Of a stretch of 64,000 bases of DNA, positions 63,432 to 64,000 are shown piece by piece (within the stretch, counting starts at the first letter, position 1; every line of letters begins with the position of its first letter). The notes under the pieces were generated by a model. It was not told the origin of the DNA and made no database searches. It saw only the letters and a program-made list of their open reading frames with translations. The DNA is from an uncultured Hormoscilla sp. (lineage in GTDB: Bacteria > Cyanobacteriota > Cyanobacteriia > Cyanobacteriales > Desertifilaceae). A program made the translations under genes and the position numbers. Location of the stretch: assembly GCA_963921275.4 (NCBI GenBank), contig OZ001293.3, positions 160,001 to 224,000 of the forward strand. The letters are read 5' to 3'.

Positions 63432-64000
63432 TCCTCTATACCCTCCAGCGAGCGCTATCTTTCAACTCTATCGGAGACTTTTTCTATTACTAATTCCTAC
63501 ACTTAAACAAGGCAGCATTCCAGTGAGATAAAGAAAATTGTTGCAGCCCTGCTTAGAGTATAGGTGGCCACTGCTGGCATCCTTTCGATGTCTCTGCTCG
63601 AACTACCCCAGAGACGAGTCAATGGCATCTAGGCACGTACTTGAGAGCGATCGCCCGTTTTAGCTAGCAACTGGCACACAGGCTGCCAGTGGTAGTTGCC
63701 GTGCCTTCGCCTCGGGCGATATCGCCCCTCTGCCAGAAACCCGGTGGGGAGCGCTAAAAAGACCTTCCACGCGCGAGCGGGCAGGGGTTTAGATGATCGC
63801 CAGTTTATGTGGGGTGGCCAGTGCGATCGCCCCATCCTCCGAAACAATTTGCGGTATCTGCAAACCCGGTTTCTCTGAGAGACCGGGTTTGTTACCACTG
63901 GCTATATGCTGCACAAATCAAATCAGCTAACGGATGTCAGGCCATAATAGTGGAACGAGTGCTGGGGGAGTGGAACGAGTGCGGGTTGGATAGTGACTGT

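Noticed and set aside
63500..64000. Coding region upstream of FAAL
   Set aside because: No recognisable protein in any frame; contains a dispersed palindrome

Overview
Cyanobacterial chromosome window. The HIP1 octamer GCGATCGC is abundant, and the window holds cyanobacterial genes (ycf29-type regulator, DUF2811, DUF3082, txlA, xisH/xisI). It is heavily eroded: many nonsense and frameshift pseudogenes, IS relics, MITEs and dispersed palindromic repeats. This fits a host-associated filamentous cyanobacterium such as a sponge symbiont (inference). Some single-base homopolymer frameshifts may be long-read errors. Housekeeping genes (rsmA, hemG, ispE, murG, tsaC) are mixed with accessory blocks: polymorphic toxin/immunity fragments, an LRR adhesin-like gene, a triplet of AIM24-family genes with an M48 peptidase, an arsenic cluster, a decayed type II R-M system, several PIN toxin-antitoxin loci, and a decaying FAAL-NRPS-PKS cluster invaded by two ORF-less group II introns. 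The four most notable items are: (1) an IS607 element whose TnpB has a Fanzor-like rearranged RuvC site; (2) a ~2 kb foreign island encoding a TauD-type oxygenase and a DUF1399-like protein with a CWHxC-repeat tail, a possible RiPP/metal-binding system; (3) four divergent antitoxin genes in tandem, each with its own promoter, upstream of one VapC; (4) an FN3-domain gene preceded by two 21-bp tandem arrays. All family assignments come from motif recognition, not database searches.
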